64,000 bases of DNA from Girardia tigrina (GCA_001938485.1 MQRK01182251.1:14024-78023); one strand, 5' to 3'; counted from the stretch's first letter, positions 41,901 through 56,900 are shown. The notes: generated by a model not told the origin, from the sequence alone. A program made the numbers and translations.

Positions 41901-44900
41901 CACACCTTCAATGTCATCCACCATTTCAAATTCTAAATAAAAATACATTTCATTTACAATCAAATAATTAAATGTCAAAACTAAACCTTTAAAATTTTTT
42001 TCAGAAATTTCTGTACCATAGCTAAATATTCTTTCTTTTTTCTCTTCTTCTGATTTGAATTTATCAATATCTAAATAGTTTAAACATTATTATACTTTTA
42101 TACTAAGAAGACATCACTGGTAAACAAAGATTTTGGCACAAGGCAAGTCAAAGTAGTTCTTGAATGTATTTCTTGTGCTGATTTCGAAAATGTTTTCAGG
42201 AGTCTTCTAACACCCTCAGTTTTAAAATTATGCCTCTTAATTTTCGTTCTTTGGTATATACACAATGGGTTTCAGTCAATTCCACTGGCTCACGCAGCCG
42301 ACATGAAAGAAACATATGAAAGCATGAAACTACTGCTATAAGTGGAGCATCATCGCTGATTTGAAAGTTGTCGCTCTTTTGCTTGAGCTACAACTTGGTT
42401 TTACGAAGTACAATTGTTTTCTTTGCGAGTGGGACAGTAGAGACCGGAAAAATCATTACAGAAGAAAGCAGTAGCCAATACGCACATCACTAACCCCAGG
42501 AACGAGGAATGTCGTCAATGCATCACTTTTTGATCGGAAAACTTTTTGATCCCATCATTCCATATCAAGCTCGAACTTATGAAGAATTTTTTAAAATCAA
42601 TGGATACAAGTAGTCTTGGATTTTTATACTTGACGAAAAAACTCCCAAAAATCAGTGATGCAAAGATCAAGGAAGGTATCTATGTAGGTCCTCAAATAAA
42701 AGAAGTCGTTGAAGACGAGAACTTCAACGATCAGTTAAACCCGACTGAAAAACCTACATGGAACTTGTTCAAGAATATTTGCCGAAACTCCTTAGTAAAC
42801 CACAAGGCAGACAACTACAGAGAAGTAATAGATGACCTGTTGACATCTTACCACACTATGAGATGTAACATGTTCCTCAAAATCCATTTATTGGACTCGC
42901 ATCTGGATTTCTATCCAGAAAATCTGGGAGCCATGAGCGACGATCAGAACGAACGTTTTCAACAGGACATTTCCTTAATGAAAAAGCGGTATCAGGGCAA
43001 ATGGTTCCCAAATATGCTCGTTGAGTACTGTTGGCCACTGAAGAGAGACGTTCTTGACACAAAGTACAGAAGGAGATCTTTCTACCTTTTAGGTAAGTTC
43101 AGATAATTGGAGTGATAAATGACTTTCAAAGCGGATTATTATGCACTTAGTTATTTAACTGTGAAATTTAATTTAATTAAATTTAACTTAAAATTCTTAC
43201 ATGATAGAGAAATTATGAAAACAGATTCAAATTCAGGCAGCAAATACCACTAGAATCACTTGTTTTTTTCTTGTGCAAAAAAAATAATAAAGTTTTGTGT
43301 ATTCAAACGAGAATATTGTAATTTTCAAATATGATAATTAAAGAAGTAAAGAATAATATGGAAAATTTTTTAATAAGTGTCTTTGAGTGATTTGGGTGTA
43401 TTAATAATGATTTTGATTTTAAAAATTCTTATTCATATATGCCGATTGTTCTTTATGTCCTGGATTGAAAAATCTCTCCTATCATTCCAAACATTTCTAT
43501 TATTCTCCCATTTTCTAAACCTATTTGGGTTTTCATAACATTGTGTTCGAAGATGCTCTCTTCTTTGACAGTAGTTACACTTAACCTTTAGGCATTCTCT
43601 TCGAACATGTCATTCCTTATGGCATGTCCAACAAATAATTTTTCTAACTCTATAATTCCAACTTGTACCTTTTCTCTTTACTACTTCGTACCGTGGTTTT
43701 GGTGTTCATCTTTTATTCTTTACAGTTTGCCAATCGTTTTCTTTCCTTGTAATATATGTCACTATCGGTGAATTTATTTTCTTTTAACCGTATTCATAAA
43801 TCATCATTTGTATGTTTTCGATCTCCTCTGCATTTGTTACATCTCGAATCGCTGTCTCTTGATGGACATTATCATCATCAATCATATTAGCATATATCAA
43901 ATTTAATAGATCTTTCTTACCAAACTTTTTTTCCACTAGTTTGTCGATTATCTCATTTGCTTTGTGGAACGCGATTGATGTGTCATCGAAACCTACTCTT
44001 AAATCTATGAGATCTTTCATCAAATCCAAAATAGATTTTTTCCTTTGAAAATGTCGCTCGGAGTTTCTCTTCGCAGGTACTTCCTGTTGCTTTCCAGTAT
44101 CTCAAAATCGGATCTGGAGTCAAGTAGGGTGTTACCCGTAGAATTTCCTTCTCCTATCATAATCCCATAATTTTTGAACATCTGTTAAAACTTATCAGGA
44201 GTTCCTATAATTTATGCTCGGATCTATGAAATGCTTTTAAGCCTTTGATGTTCGCAGTCACGTGGTGTGAAGTCACTGTATTAAGAGAACTCACATATTT
44301 GTAGCCACATTTATTGTAATCAAAATTTGGATAATCTTTATGACAATCCGTAATAATGCCTTTGCTCAAATTCATCAATCAATGTTTAATACTTCTTATC
44401 CAAAATCTGACCCAACATGAAACGAATTATTTTATTTAAATATTTATTTCAAATTTTATTGGTTAAAATAAAATTACTTTTCATAATCATTTAAAATCAT
44501 CAATTTGATTTCATTATTTAAAAATTTACAAAAATAAAATTAAAAAATTGCTTAACATTTACAATTGTTCCGCCCGACACTCAGGTTGTCCCGAGAATCG
44601 GACGGAGATAACAGGGTTGCGCAGGGAACCTTTCTCGATGTACTGGGCCCATTTTAATTTGATCCGACTAATGGGATTATTCATATTTGGATTCTCCAAT
44701 CTCATATAAATAGCAATTAATGATCCTTTGGTATTGACCAATCGATTTATCATTTCGTGAGGAAGCGCAAATGAAATATCGAAATCTTGACACAAAAATG
44801 TCTCTTATTACAAGAGTGCCATACACAGTTGTTCGAGGGCCGTCAATTGCATTTCTTCAGCACCACCTCGAAGCCAATTTAATAACAAATAAGGCAACTC

Positions 44901-47900
44901 GACTTCCTCCATTAATATTTCTTGTTAATATCAATTTGTCAAAATCAAAATCTCCGAAGAAAAAAATAAGGCAAATGAATCGATTTTATTTTCAAATTTT
45001 CAACTTTAATCCCATTTAATCTAATAAAACAAATACATCTTTTTCACATAATCCAATTAATTTCTTAATAAAAAATAATTTTAATAATAATAGTTTTTAC
45101 AAATAATAGTTTTTTTCCAATTTTTTCACATAAACCCACAAATTAATTTTCAAATAAAAACAATCTGTATCACAAATAGGTTTCTTTCTCAGTTTGTTAA
45201 AGGAAAATGAGGAAAGTNNNNNNNNNNNNNNNNNNNNNNNNNNNNNNNNNNNNNNNNNNNNNNNNNNNNNNNNNNNNNNNNNNNNNNNNNNNNNNNNNNN
45301 NNNNNNNNNNNNNNNNNNNNNNNNNNNNNNNNNNNNNNNNNNNNNNNNNNNNNNNNNNNNNNTCAATAAGTAAAATAATTGAATCCCGAACAACAGTAAT
45401 AATATTAGGTTGATGCAAAAGAAATGTCGCTTTTAATGTATTTAATATTCATTGTTTGAAATAGAAGGTCAGTCAGTAATCGCCGGGCGTCAAAACGACA
45501 CAGGTTTTAAAAATTCAATTTATTATTACATTAAAATTATGTACATAATCTAACGGAGTAAATGCTCAAAATGTTGGCCGCCTTCTTTAATGCATTTTGC
45601 TGTCCTTCGAACGACAGATTAGCAAGCACTTCGGCATAAATCATCACTAATTTCAGTGCAAGAATTCATTATCATTACCACAAGTTGATCTATTGTTCGC
45701 GGCTTTTTGGCATACACTGAATTCTTTAACATATTCCAAAGAAAGAAATCAGGAGGCATAAGCTCTGGAGAGCGAGGAGGATACTCGATGGAACCGCGGT
45801 GAGCAGTCCATCTGTTTGGAAAGTTGTTGTTGAGCCAGTTTGGCTCTACAATGCTATAATGGGGAGGTGCACCATCTTGTTGAAACCATATCTCCCCAAG
45901 CGGCCAGTTCTTCACACAGGGTATAAAATTATTGTTAAGCATGTATCTGTCACAGAACCTTCAAAGAAAAACGGCCCTAACAGACCGGAAGCAGTGGTTC
46001 CAATCCAAACTGCGACACCAACTGCGTTGACTTATTTTTGTAGGATTTCATGAGGATTTTCATGGGCCCAGTAAACAGAATTGTGACGATTGACCTGTCC
46101 GTTAAGCTTGAAGGTTGCCTCATCACTCCAAATAATCTTCTCCGGAAATGTAACGTCATCATGGCAAAGTTGTTGAAAAATCTGAGAGAATTCAACTCGA
46201 CGGTCATAATCATCTTCATTCAAGGAGTGGAGTAAATGTGGATGGTAAGATTTTAAATGAACATCGTGCAGGAGCCTGACAATGGAAGTTTGAGAAATGC
46301 TAAGCTCTTGTGATGCTCGTCTGGTGAATTTTCGAGGACTATTCGTAAAACTATTTGTAATAATTTGTCTGTTTTCAGAGTTGCATACAGATTTAGGTCT
46401 ACCACATCCAGGAAAATCTTCACAGAAACCATTTATTTCAAAGCGGTAAATTATATTCGCTATTGTGTCTCTTTTAACCGCCCTACCAAATTTTTCTTGG
46501 AATCGTCTACATGTTTCACTTTTGTTGTCCGTTTTATAAAATGCTTTTGAGAAATACACGTTCTTCAGTTATTAGTTTGGAATTATTTGACTCTGCCATT
46601 TTTAAGGTTTGTTAAATGATGAAATTATCGACTATAAATATGAAATTATCAACTTAAAGGGACTATTTGTAAGATGTGTTCACATGATCTTCTTAGTGAC
46701 TTTATACTAAGAAATCAACCGACTGATCGATGTAAACTCATTTTTTTACACTTGGATCACTAATATAATGACTACCCGGTGACTTCTAACTCACTCTGTA
46801 TTTAGAAAATCATTAATAAATAGATTTATATTTAAATTTACTTTAAAACTTAAACTTTACTCTATATTTTGATACCAAGTATGACATTATTGTTGTTAAT
46901 TTAAAACGAACGTTAATTTTAAAACGTTAATTTTAAACGAACTGGGATATGAAACTTTGCCTCATCCACCATACTCACCAGACCTTTCTCCTACAGACTA
47001 TCATCTTTTCAAACATTTCAAGCAGTTCCTTCGCGAAAACTGCTTCAGAGACCAGGTAGATGCTGAAAGAGCCTTAGACGACTTCATCGCCTCCAGAACT
47101 CCAGAATTTTATGAAACTCGAATAAAAACTTTTTACTCGTTGGCAACAGTGTGTTCAATGTAATGGTTTTTATTTTGACTAATAAAGTTAATTCTACAGA
47201 AAGTTATGTTCATTTAAAGTTGACGGTTAAAAAACGACATTTCTTTTGCATCAACCTAATAAATTAAAAATTTGAATATTAAATCTAAATTTGAATAAAT
47301 TAGCTTCAGATTATAAGAATTAAAATATTAATCATCACTCTGATTAGCATTGACACAATCCCGAATCAACACACAACATTTAAACACGCAAACAATACAT
47401 AAAAGATAAACATTCCAAAAATTCCTCACAAATCGAAAACGATTTATCAGAGTGTTATTTAGAAATTATGAATAATTTTCATTTGAATGCAGAAATAAAG
47501 TCGTACCTTTTAATAAATCTGGATAGTTGTTCTTAATAAAATCAGTTCCAAGCTTGAAATGGACATACAAGAGTTTGCCATACCAGTCGGTGCACTTCCT
47601 TTGAACTGTCAGTAAGAACTTGATAACCGCTAAGAGATCATAAAAGATGTTATAAAACAATCGAAAATACAAAAAATAAAGGAAATTATGCAGTTTCTCA
47701 CACCCATCTTTTTGATAAAAATCGAAATCTATTAAATTAAATAATATTAAAGATTTTTTGAAAAGTCACATCTGGACCACTTTTATTGTATTTTTTTATA
47801 AGATGGAATCAAAAACAGAGGGCCCAAAGTCGAGAATTAAACTTTGGTGTGAAAACATGTTTGTCTATTAGATGACTTTCATTTAAGACCTTTGCAAAAA

Positions 47901-50900
47901 TTAATTCGCCTTAAGAAAGAGATCAAATTACTGGAAAAAACCATTTGGAAAAAAAGAATGATAGAAGATTATTTTCAACATAACGAAACATGGTTTTATG
48001 ATCATGTATCATATATTAGTGCACATGTGATGTTTTGATTTTGTCCTACATTTCTGGGTGCTTGCAAGAAACGTTTCTCGACCCGCTCACTGCACAGCTT
48101 AAGACAGCATGTTGTCTCTCACACCATGAAGTTTTTTCATCAAATACACTTATTCGATAGTCTGTGCACCATTGACGAAGGTAAAACAATTTTAATTAAT
48201 TAGAAGTCAATTGATATGTCTTCAACTTTGCCACTGAAGTATGTCAGTATCTTTTGGAATATTTTCTGAAGACAAGGCTTAATTAACAGAAGCTGTAAAA
48301 GCTGTTGATAATCTAAATCTTCCGATCTCTATTCCTTTGACTACGGGATTTGGAGTAAAATGAAAGCGTAGATTTATCACAAAAATAAACTAACCACATT
48401 TCAGACTTTTTGTGAGACAGTTATTGCATATGACTGTGATCTATTTGAATATATATTTTAGACGCTTACTGAAAGCAATTAACACAGGTTTATAAGTCCC
48501 AATGACTAATACATTCATATATGCAATTTGTTTTGGAAAATCCCTTGTTCTCAGGGTAAGAATCTCTATCAAAATGTTACGTAACTTTAGGGGACCTATA
48601 TATTATTAATGGACTGCATAAGTTCCACAAAATTATATTATACTGTTTTTTTCGCCATGCTCCCTCAGATATGCATGTAATTCGTCATGCTCATAATCGT
48701 CGATCAAACCGATAACTCTGCACTGGTGTAGCACCGTGTCATTGAGACAAATATTCGTGTGCTCCTGCACTTCTGTCTTAAATAACTTCCTTGTAAAGTA
48801 CAATATCCTTTGTTTCTCTTTCGCCTCTTCACCATCATAGAAAAAAGGTTTGATCCATTCCGATGTTTCTGTTTTATCAATATTACTCAGGAATAATATA
48901 CAAAATTATACACTCTTGACGAGAATAACATGAACACTAAGAAAATAATTTTATTACTTAATTTAATACATTTACATGATAAAAGATAAAATAGGAAGAT
49001 AAATAAGCTTTGCCTTTTTAATCCTAATAATAAATCATCGTAGAAATAAAATTGATTTGAAGAATAAAATTTCAGCAATATGGAATAGTTTTGTTAATAA
49101 ATGTCATGATTTATTCAATTAAAAGAATAGAAGAATAGATACCATAACCACAAAGGTCGATTTTACAAGATTTTAAATAGTAGGATAGTCGAATTCTTTT
49201 GAATTGAAAATCAGATGTCCGAATTCTTTTGAATTGAAAAGCAGATGTCCGAATTCTCTCGAATTAGGGAAGAAATTTTAAAATGCGAATAAAATTTTTA
49301 TTATTTAACTTTTTTATTTGATTTCTTCAAATTATTTTAGAACTATATTTAGATTATCGTAAAATATCAAATTAGTTCATCTATAATACAAATAAGTGTT
49401 TATTATTTGTAATTACAATTTTTTAATAAAAAATGATTTTTTAGTAGTAGAAATCGTTAGATGGAGTATCAAATCTTATGTAATCAAAGATCAGAAATTG
49501 AGTAACAAAACCATAAGGAAGCCCTGAAGCATTAGTTGAGATTAAAAAAATATATTTAAAAGTAAACAACAGTTTCAACGCACATAGTCCTCAAGTTTTT
49601 TATAGAAATAATGAGGTATTCATTCTAATTTAAAGTATGAAAGCCTTTGTTGACAAACAAGCATATAAAACTGATATTAACTTTGGACAATCCTACGTTT
49701 CAAAGCATTTTAGTTTTTTGCGGCGAGTTAAAAAAAAATTAATAACACAATAAAAAATAAGATTTTGTGGAAGTTCAATAAGGACTTGAGACTTGTTAAA
49801 CCTACTGTCAAAGATTGAGTCTCAGTAATAATCTAGAATTCACAAATCCTAGACCGAAGCTGTTAAGGTTTATAGAAGCACATCAGATGTGTAATTCATA
49901 TTAGTATCTAAAAGTTTTGAATAAACCAATCAGATCAATACTATATTTGTATTTTCCTGAATCCGATGTGTGAGGAATGTTTTATATTTTATATTTTGCA
50001 GGTTGTATGTTGATTCGGATTGTGTCTCTCCTACCCAGATGGTTGATTGGTATTTTCTTTGATTCCTACTAATTCAAAATAATTTCATTTCATTTTTAGG
50101 TAAAAAGATGTAAATATTTTTTTATTTATTTTAAAAGTTAGTATGAATTTCAGAAATATATTAATCAAGAAAAATGTCGAATAGCGAAAGTGGTTTGAAT
50201 AATCGTTGTAATGATGATTCTGTTTGTGACGTTGTAAAGAGATGGAGCGTTCAAAATGATACATTTCAGATTAAGTGCAGCAGTCTGCAAAGTCAAATCC
50301 TACTAAAAATATTTGACCTTTCTAAAGGAAAAAGTGATGTAAATTTGTTTTCCAAATTACTAGCAATATTAGGAATTTGGTTGCCATTTAAACTCTTAAA
50401 AAATAAGCACTTTTCATAAATAACCGTTAAAATGAGATCATTGAAAATCATAAATATTTGATTGTTCAAAGTGATAAATGTATAATTATTAATGTTACGT
50501 GTATTTCTTCATTTATAAAATTTCATATTCCGGAAATTATCTTTTTATATGAAATTAACAAATATTTTTTGTGTCCATCTTATTTTTGCTCATAATATTA
50601 TAATCAATCAATTGACATAAGGTTAAAAAAGGTAATTTTCAATTTTGACAAGCTTCAATCCGGACGAAGATTTAAGGCCAGAATCATCAATTATAGTTTA
50701 ATATTTGTTAGTTTTAAAAAATGTTAATTTTAATGAATGATTTAGAAAGTTTTTACTTATATTTTAAGATTTGGAACGATTTTATTTTGTCATTTTGAAT
50801 GTTAATTAATGCATTGTATTGTTCTCAATAATGATTCACAGAATTACCACTCATAATGTGAATGAAAGCCCTTCTGTAAAGCAGAAAAGTGATACTTTTT

Positions 50901-53900
50901 TATAAAAGTGAGCTGACAGATTATGAAATTGTCCTTTGATAAAACTTGTATTGCTTATTAGAGGAAACGCTGGAATTTTTTTAATTCTAGAATCCGAATG
51001 CTAATATGTTACTATTTTTTGTTTTAATATGGAAAACAAAAGTTTTAAAGCGGAAACTCCGCACGAAAAGATAAAGAACTGAATTATTTCTTTTGATTAC
51101 TTTGGTAAATCAAAATCAAAGATAGAAATTGATGTTTTGAGAAATGGAAATAATGCAAAATAAGAAAAAATTAATACTAACAATTTAATATTAACAAGAT
51201 AACAAGAAACAGCCGTCGTTAGGATCATAAAACGTGGCTGTACAATCGGATATCCGGTTAAGTATTCGCTTAGTGCAAAATCAGAGCCTGAAACTATTGG
51301 ATCAATTGTTGAGTTCATAAGTTCGTGAATTTATTTTATCTTACTAATTCGAATATTTACATAAGTAAAAATTATTATTAGGATCATTATCATAAATATC
51401 ATTCAACATTTCATAACATTTTTCATTCAACTTCAAACATTGAAACAATAATAAATTATTTGCATTAGGTTGTCAAGTATGAAATTTGTAGGCATGATTA
51501 CAATTTATTTAAATAGTTTTGTTGCTCAGTACTTTTTTTTTATTGCTACGTATCTTGGCTATTAAAAATACTGATAACCGTTTTAATGATCACTATTTTA
51601 AAAAAGGAAAAAGGCAGAAATTTGAATTGTAGGGTTCAAGATTAAAATCAAGATTCCTTAACTCGCAAAACTTTATTTCTAACAAACAAAAATTTTTTAA
51701 GCTATTTTCTGAGGAACAATGTTTCATTTTTAGCACAACCAGATATTATATTTGAAATATAAATATTGATATATAATTTTAGTCAATAAAAGTTTTTATA
51801 CTTTTAAGTAAAATAAATTATAACTTTAAATTTTCTTTAAAAGAAAATTATATCCCAAAATATTTTTTCTTTATTCATGTTATAGTCTTAAATAAAAGAT
51901 TAATAAAATGGATTATCAATATTTATTAACAAAAAACAATGTTTAAATAGTAATATTTAAACAACATATAAATTCTTATTTTTTAATAATTTCTATTTTT
52001 TTATTCATTTTTTAATAATTATCATAAATTATAATATAACATCCCCCTTTGGAAATCAACGATATTTTGGTGCTGGATTCCTGGTGCTTCTAATCGGGTA
52101 TCTCGTCTTTCTGACAATTGATTCTTTCCTTGATATAAATGACATACACTATTCATAATCTATTGGTGCGTTTAATTCCCCGTTGTACTTTTTTAACTGA
52201 TTATAATTTCTTCTCATTACTTTCTGCGATGTTTTATCTTGAAGAATATAAGTATACTTATTTAAAATCTTTTGTATTGCATATGGTCCACTGTATATTG
52301 GTTTACCCAATCTTCTCTCTCCGTTTTCTTTAACCAGTACTTTGTCTCCGATATTTAATTGCTTATACCATGTGTTTCGATTATATATATATATATATCA
52401 GCTCAGTAACCACAACCTGTTTTCATTTTGTCTATTATCAATTTGTTTAGTTTTTCTTGTTCTCGTTTAAGCCACATCACATAATCATTTATTGATTTTG
52501 TTGTACAATCATTGTTGGTTGTGATTAAGACTATGGGCTTTCTACCAAAAACAATTTCAAAAGGACTAAGGCCTGTTGTCTTTTGATTTGAACATCGTAG
52601 TCCAAACTCAACCACTGTTAAAATGTTAGACCAGTCGCCTGTCCTGTTCGCCATCATACACGATCCCATTAACTCATTTGCAGTTCGAAAAAGTCTTTCA
52701 ACTAAACCATTTGATTGTGGGTAATAAGGTGAAGAGTGTGACTTTGTTATGTTCATGCCTGAACAAAATCGTCGAAATTCCGTTGACGTAAAATACGAGG
52801 CATTATCTGAATGAATCTTTTCTGGTTTTCCATATTTAGAGATCCATTGATCCCATAAGGACTTTATGATCNTACTCGAATCAATTTTCTTAATAGGAAT
52901 TAAAGACAGATATTTTGAAAAGTAGTCAATGATGCCTAGTACATAACGATGACCATCTTTAGTACAGCGAAAATGACCACAAATATCTATTCCAATCATT
53001 TGAAATGGTTGATTTACGAAAAAGCTCTGAAGAGGGACTTTATCACGACCATTTTTTCCCTTCATTCTTGAGCATGCTTCACATTTCGTAACAAAATTCT
53101 TTATATCTGTCGTCAAATCTGGCCAATAAAATTCAATTTTCATTGCATTTAAAGTTCTTTCAATTCCAACATGACCTAACAAATTATGCATTTTGTGAAT
53201 CATATTGAATCTGTCAGATTTCGGAACTATTAATCTGTATGTATCTTTGTCTAATAAATAAAGTACATTTCCTCTAAGGCGTAAATCTGGTAATTTAGAC
53301 AATAAAGTTCTAAATCCTTTGTTTTCTTGAACATCTTTGCGTAGACTTTTTATATCTATTTCTTTTTTCAATATTTTGACAATCGATTTAATAATCACGT
53401 CTTTAAATTGATTGTCATCACTAATAAATAGCTTGCATATCGTTTTTTCTATATTTGATTTATTTGAATCTTCATCGTTAAAAACTTTGACATTTCTTTT
53501 CTTAAGGGGTTCATTGTGTTTCAGTTTACATTGTTCACAGTAGCCTAACCTGGAAAGAGCATCGGCATTAACATGATCCTTTCCCTTCAGGTATTCTATA
53601 ACCATGTCGTAAACTTCCAGTTCAGATTTCCATACACAAAATTGAGAAGTGTTCGGACTATCCATTTAAGAAACCATTTTAAAGCTTCATGGTCAGTTCG
53701 AACTGTAAATTTTTGTCCTAATAAATAATGCTTAAATTTTAATACAAAAGTATAAATTGAAAAAAGCTCTTTTCTAGTAATTCAATATTTTCTTTGGCTT
53801 TTAATCAATGTTTTTGATGCAAAGGCCACAACTCCTTCTGAACCATTCTGAATTTGTAATAATACCGCTCCTATAGAATTTTGGGATGCATCTGTATCGA

Positions 53901-56900
53901 GAACATAGTATCCATCACGTATCGGTAAAGCTAATACTGGCGGAGAGGATAGTGCTTCTTTAAATCTATTAAAAGCATTAATTTTATCATCATCCCAATC
54001 AAATTTAGCATCTTTTTGAATCATTCGTGTTAAAGGCTCCGATAACATAGCATAATTCTTGATAAATCTCCTATAATAATTGCACAGGCCCAAAAAAGAC
54101 TGCAACTCTTTAACACACATTGGTATATGCCACTGTTTAATTGCTGTTATCTTATCTGGATCTGTTCTTACTCCATCAGCATCAATAACATGACCAAGAT
54201 ACTGCACTCTGGTTTTCAAAATACAACACTTTTCTGGTGACAGTTTCAGTCTAGCATCTTTAATTCTCTGGAGTACTAAGCTTAATCGTTCATTATGTTC
54301 TTTTATAGTTCTTCCGAAAATCAGAACATCGTCTAAATATATTAGACACTTACTGCAATTTTCTCTTTGCAGAATTATATTCATCATTTTCTGGAAGGTG
54401 GCAGGAGCAGAGCAGAGACCAAAGGACATTCTTGTAAATTCGAACTGTCCATGTTTTGTTGTAAAGTTTTAGGGTTTAGTTTTCGCCATTGAGTTAATTT
54501 GACTTTCATTATCTCTACTTACTTCTGAAATCGAATCTGAATTTTGGCATTCCGATCAAAAGTGTATTCTGATACAATGCTATTAAACAATAGAGTGTAT
54601 CAATTTGGTTCAGGAAATTCGTGAAATGTAATTTTAATTTCATTAATGAGTTTCGGGGTCACCTAGGAACACAGGTACACAATGACGAACGGGAGGTAAC
54701 CGTGGAGTCAGATCAATCATAAAGTGCTCATGATTTACGACAAACGTTTGCTGTTACAAAGCAAACGATATTGAATCACTTGGCTAAAATCGGTAAAATG
54801 AAAAAAAGTTGGATAAGTGGATTCCACATGAGTTTATTGAGAAGCAGAAACAAAAATGTTTGAATGCTTGCTTCATGATGCTTTCTTGTTATAAATGTGA
54901 TCAATTTTGAATTGAATTGTCACTTGGGATGATAGGTGGATGTGGTGTTAACAAAGCGAGCGCATTACGGTCAAGGAACCCCGGGGTTGGTGTGGAGTTT
55001 TAGGGTCAGGTATGAATAACTGCAAGAATCACCCCACCGAGAACAACGGCAAGACGAGAGGAGAACAGTATTTTCACTCTGTGAACACTTCTATGATCAG
55101 AATTCGGTATCAGCCCTGATGCACATTTAGCTTTTGGTGGTAATCCGTTCGTAGAGAAGACGCTATTGTACATCATCTATTTTAGGATCGCATTATCATG
55201 AATTTTGTGAACGACGAATGCTATCGAAAGCCTCTGCCGATTTTCGTGATATATGTCGGTGCGAGATTCTGTTTGACGACTCGACACGTTCATCAAAGAC
55301 CCCCTTGAGTGGTAGAACTTTTAGATTCTATTCCGTTTTATGTTTTATCAATTCTCATAATGGTTTTCATCCATGATTTTATGTATTTTTTTAATCTTTT
55401 CAAATTATATTACTCTACCAACCACACATTCAAAAAACAATCAATAATATCATTTGAAAACTCTGTTTAATTAAGGAATAATATTAAATTCATTTTCAAA
55501 ATAGATTGTGTCACTGATACAGCTTCGACTTTCATAAAAACAATTTCTCGATTTAAGAACTGTAAAATTTGGTGATGACTCGATTAATCGATTAAATTTG
55601 TGACGCACGACTTTAACTGAGGAAATCTCCAAAAAATCAGTAATCTCTAATTCTTCAATTTTTGAATTATCTATTCGTCAGTTCCCCCAAAGTTTGCCCC
55701 AAGATCAGATATGGTAATCGCAAACTTTCAGCAAGATGGATGGACACGAATGAAACACCAAAACACAGTCCAAAACACTACCATCACGAAAAGAAGCTAA
55801 TTGTGAGGGTGTGATGATCTGACACAGGCGTAATCCACTACGACGTCATAAAATCTTGTTCGTCGATCACACCAGATGTCTACTGCAACTAATTGGAAGA
55901 TATGATGCGGAAACTAAAAGAAAAAACAACCGCCTTTGGTAAACAAGTCGACTCTCACCTTGCTCAACAATAATACAAAACTACATACTTCACTTAAGAC
56001 TGTGATAAAACTACAGAAACATGTCATTCGGAATTTCTGCATCATCCTCCATACTCACCAGACATAGTCCCAACTGATTACCATTTCTTCCTTGATTTTA
56101 CTAAATTTTGGATAAGAAAAAATTCAATTCCGAAGATGCAGTAAAAATGCCTCCCAAAATTTGTATTCAAATGACCTCAACAATCTGCCGCTCAAATGGT
56201 ACAAGTGTGTCCATAATATTGATGCATACTTTGATGAATGACAGAAATATTTGTATTGGTAGATTATCAATAAACTTTGATTTTAGTTCTGCAAATACCT
56301 AATAGTAATATATTGATCATATTTGCAGTTGAGCCTTTTAATTATTCTCAAAAATAATATTTACGGAATAATTAAATCAATAAATTATAATGTAAAGTCA
56401 TTATTATTGACTCGAAAATAATTCACACCTTCAATGTCATCCACCATTTCAAATTCTAAATAAAAATACATTTTATTTACAATAAAATAATTAAATGTCA
56501 AAACTAAACCTTTAAAATTTTTTTCAACAATGTCTGTACCATATCTAAATATTCTTTGTTTTTTCTCTTCTTCTGATTTGCATTTATCAATATCTAAATA
56601 GTTTTAACATTATTATAATTTTATACTTAGAAGATATTCAAACGAGAATATTTTAATTTTCAAATATGATAATTCAAGAAGTAAAGAATAATATGGGAAT
56701 GTTTTTTTAATAAAACTGTCTTTGAATGATTTGGGTGATATTAATAATGATTTTGATTTTAAAAAACAATATAGAAGCAGTAAATGGTTTGTTTGATATT
56801 TATCTTCACTAGCAAACAACAACCTCTCACATCGTCCTCGATTTAAAGTTTCAGTCATTCAATATTTTGAATAAATATTCTGACAGTTCAAAACGTTTAT

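Larger units (their letters stand above)
40971..49040. repeat. Intragenic segmental duplication, copy 2 (copy 1 about 55503-62086)
   Basis: Blocks 40971-43425 vs 55503-56765 and 47441-49040 vs 60440-62086 are highly similar including introns. Confidence 0.92.

Noticed and set aside
54941-55426. Possible solo LTR (TGTGGT...ACCACA) inside the mariner remnant
   Set aside because: No matching TSD and no second copy in the window, so not reported as a feature
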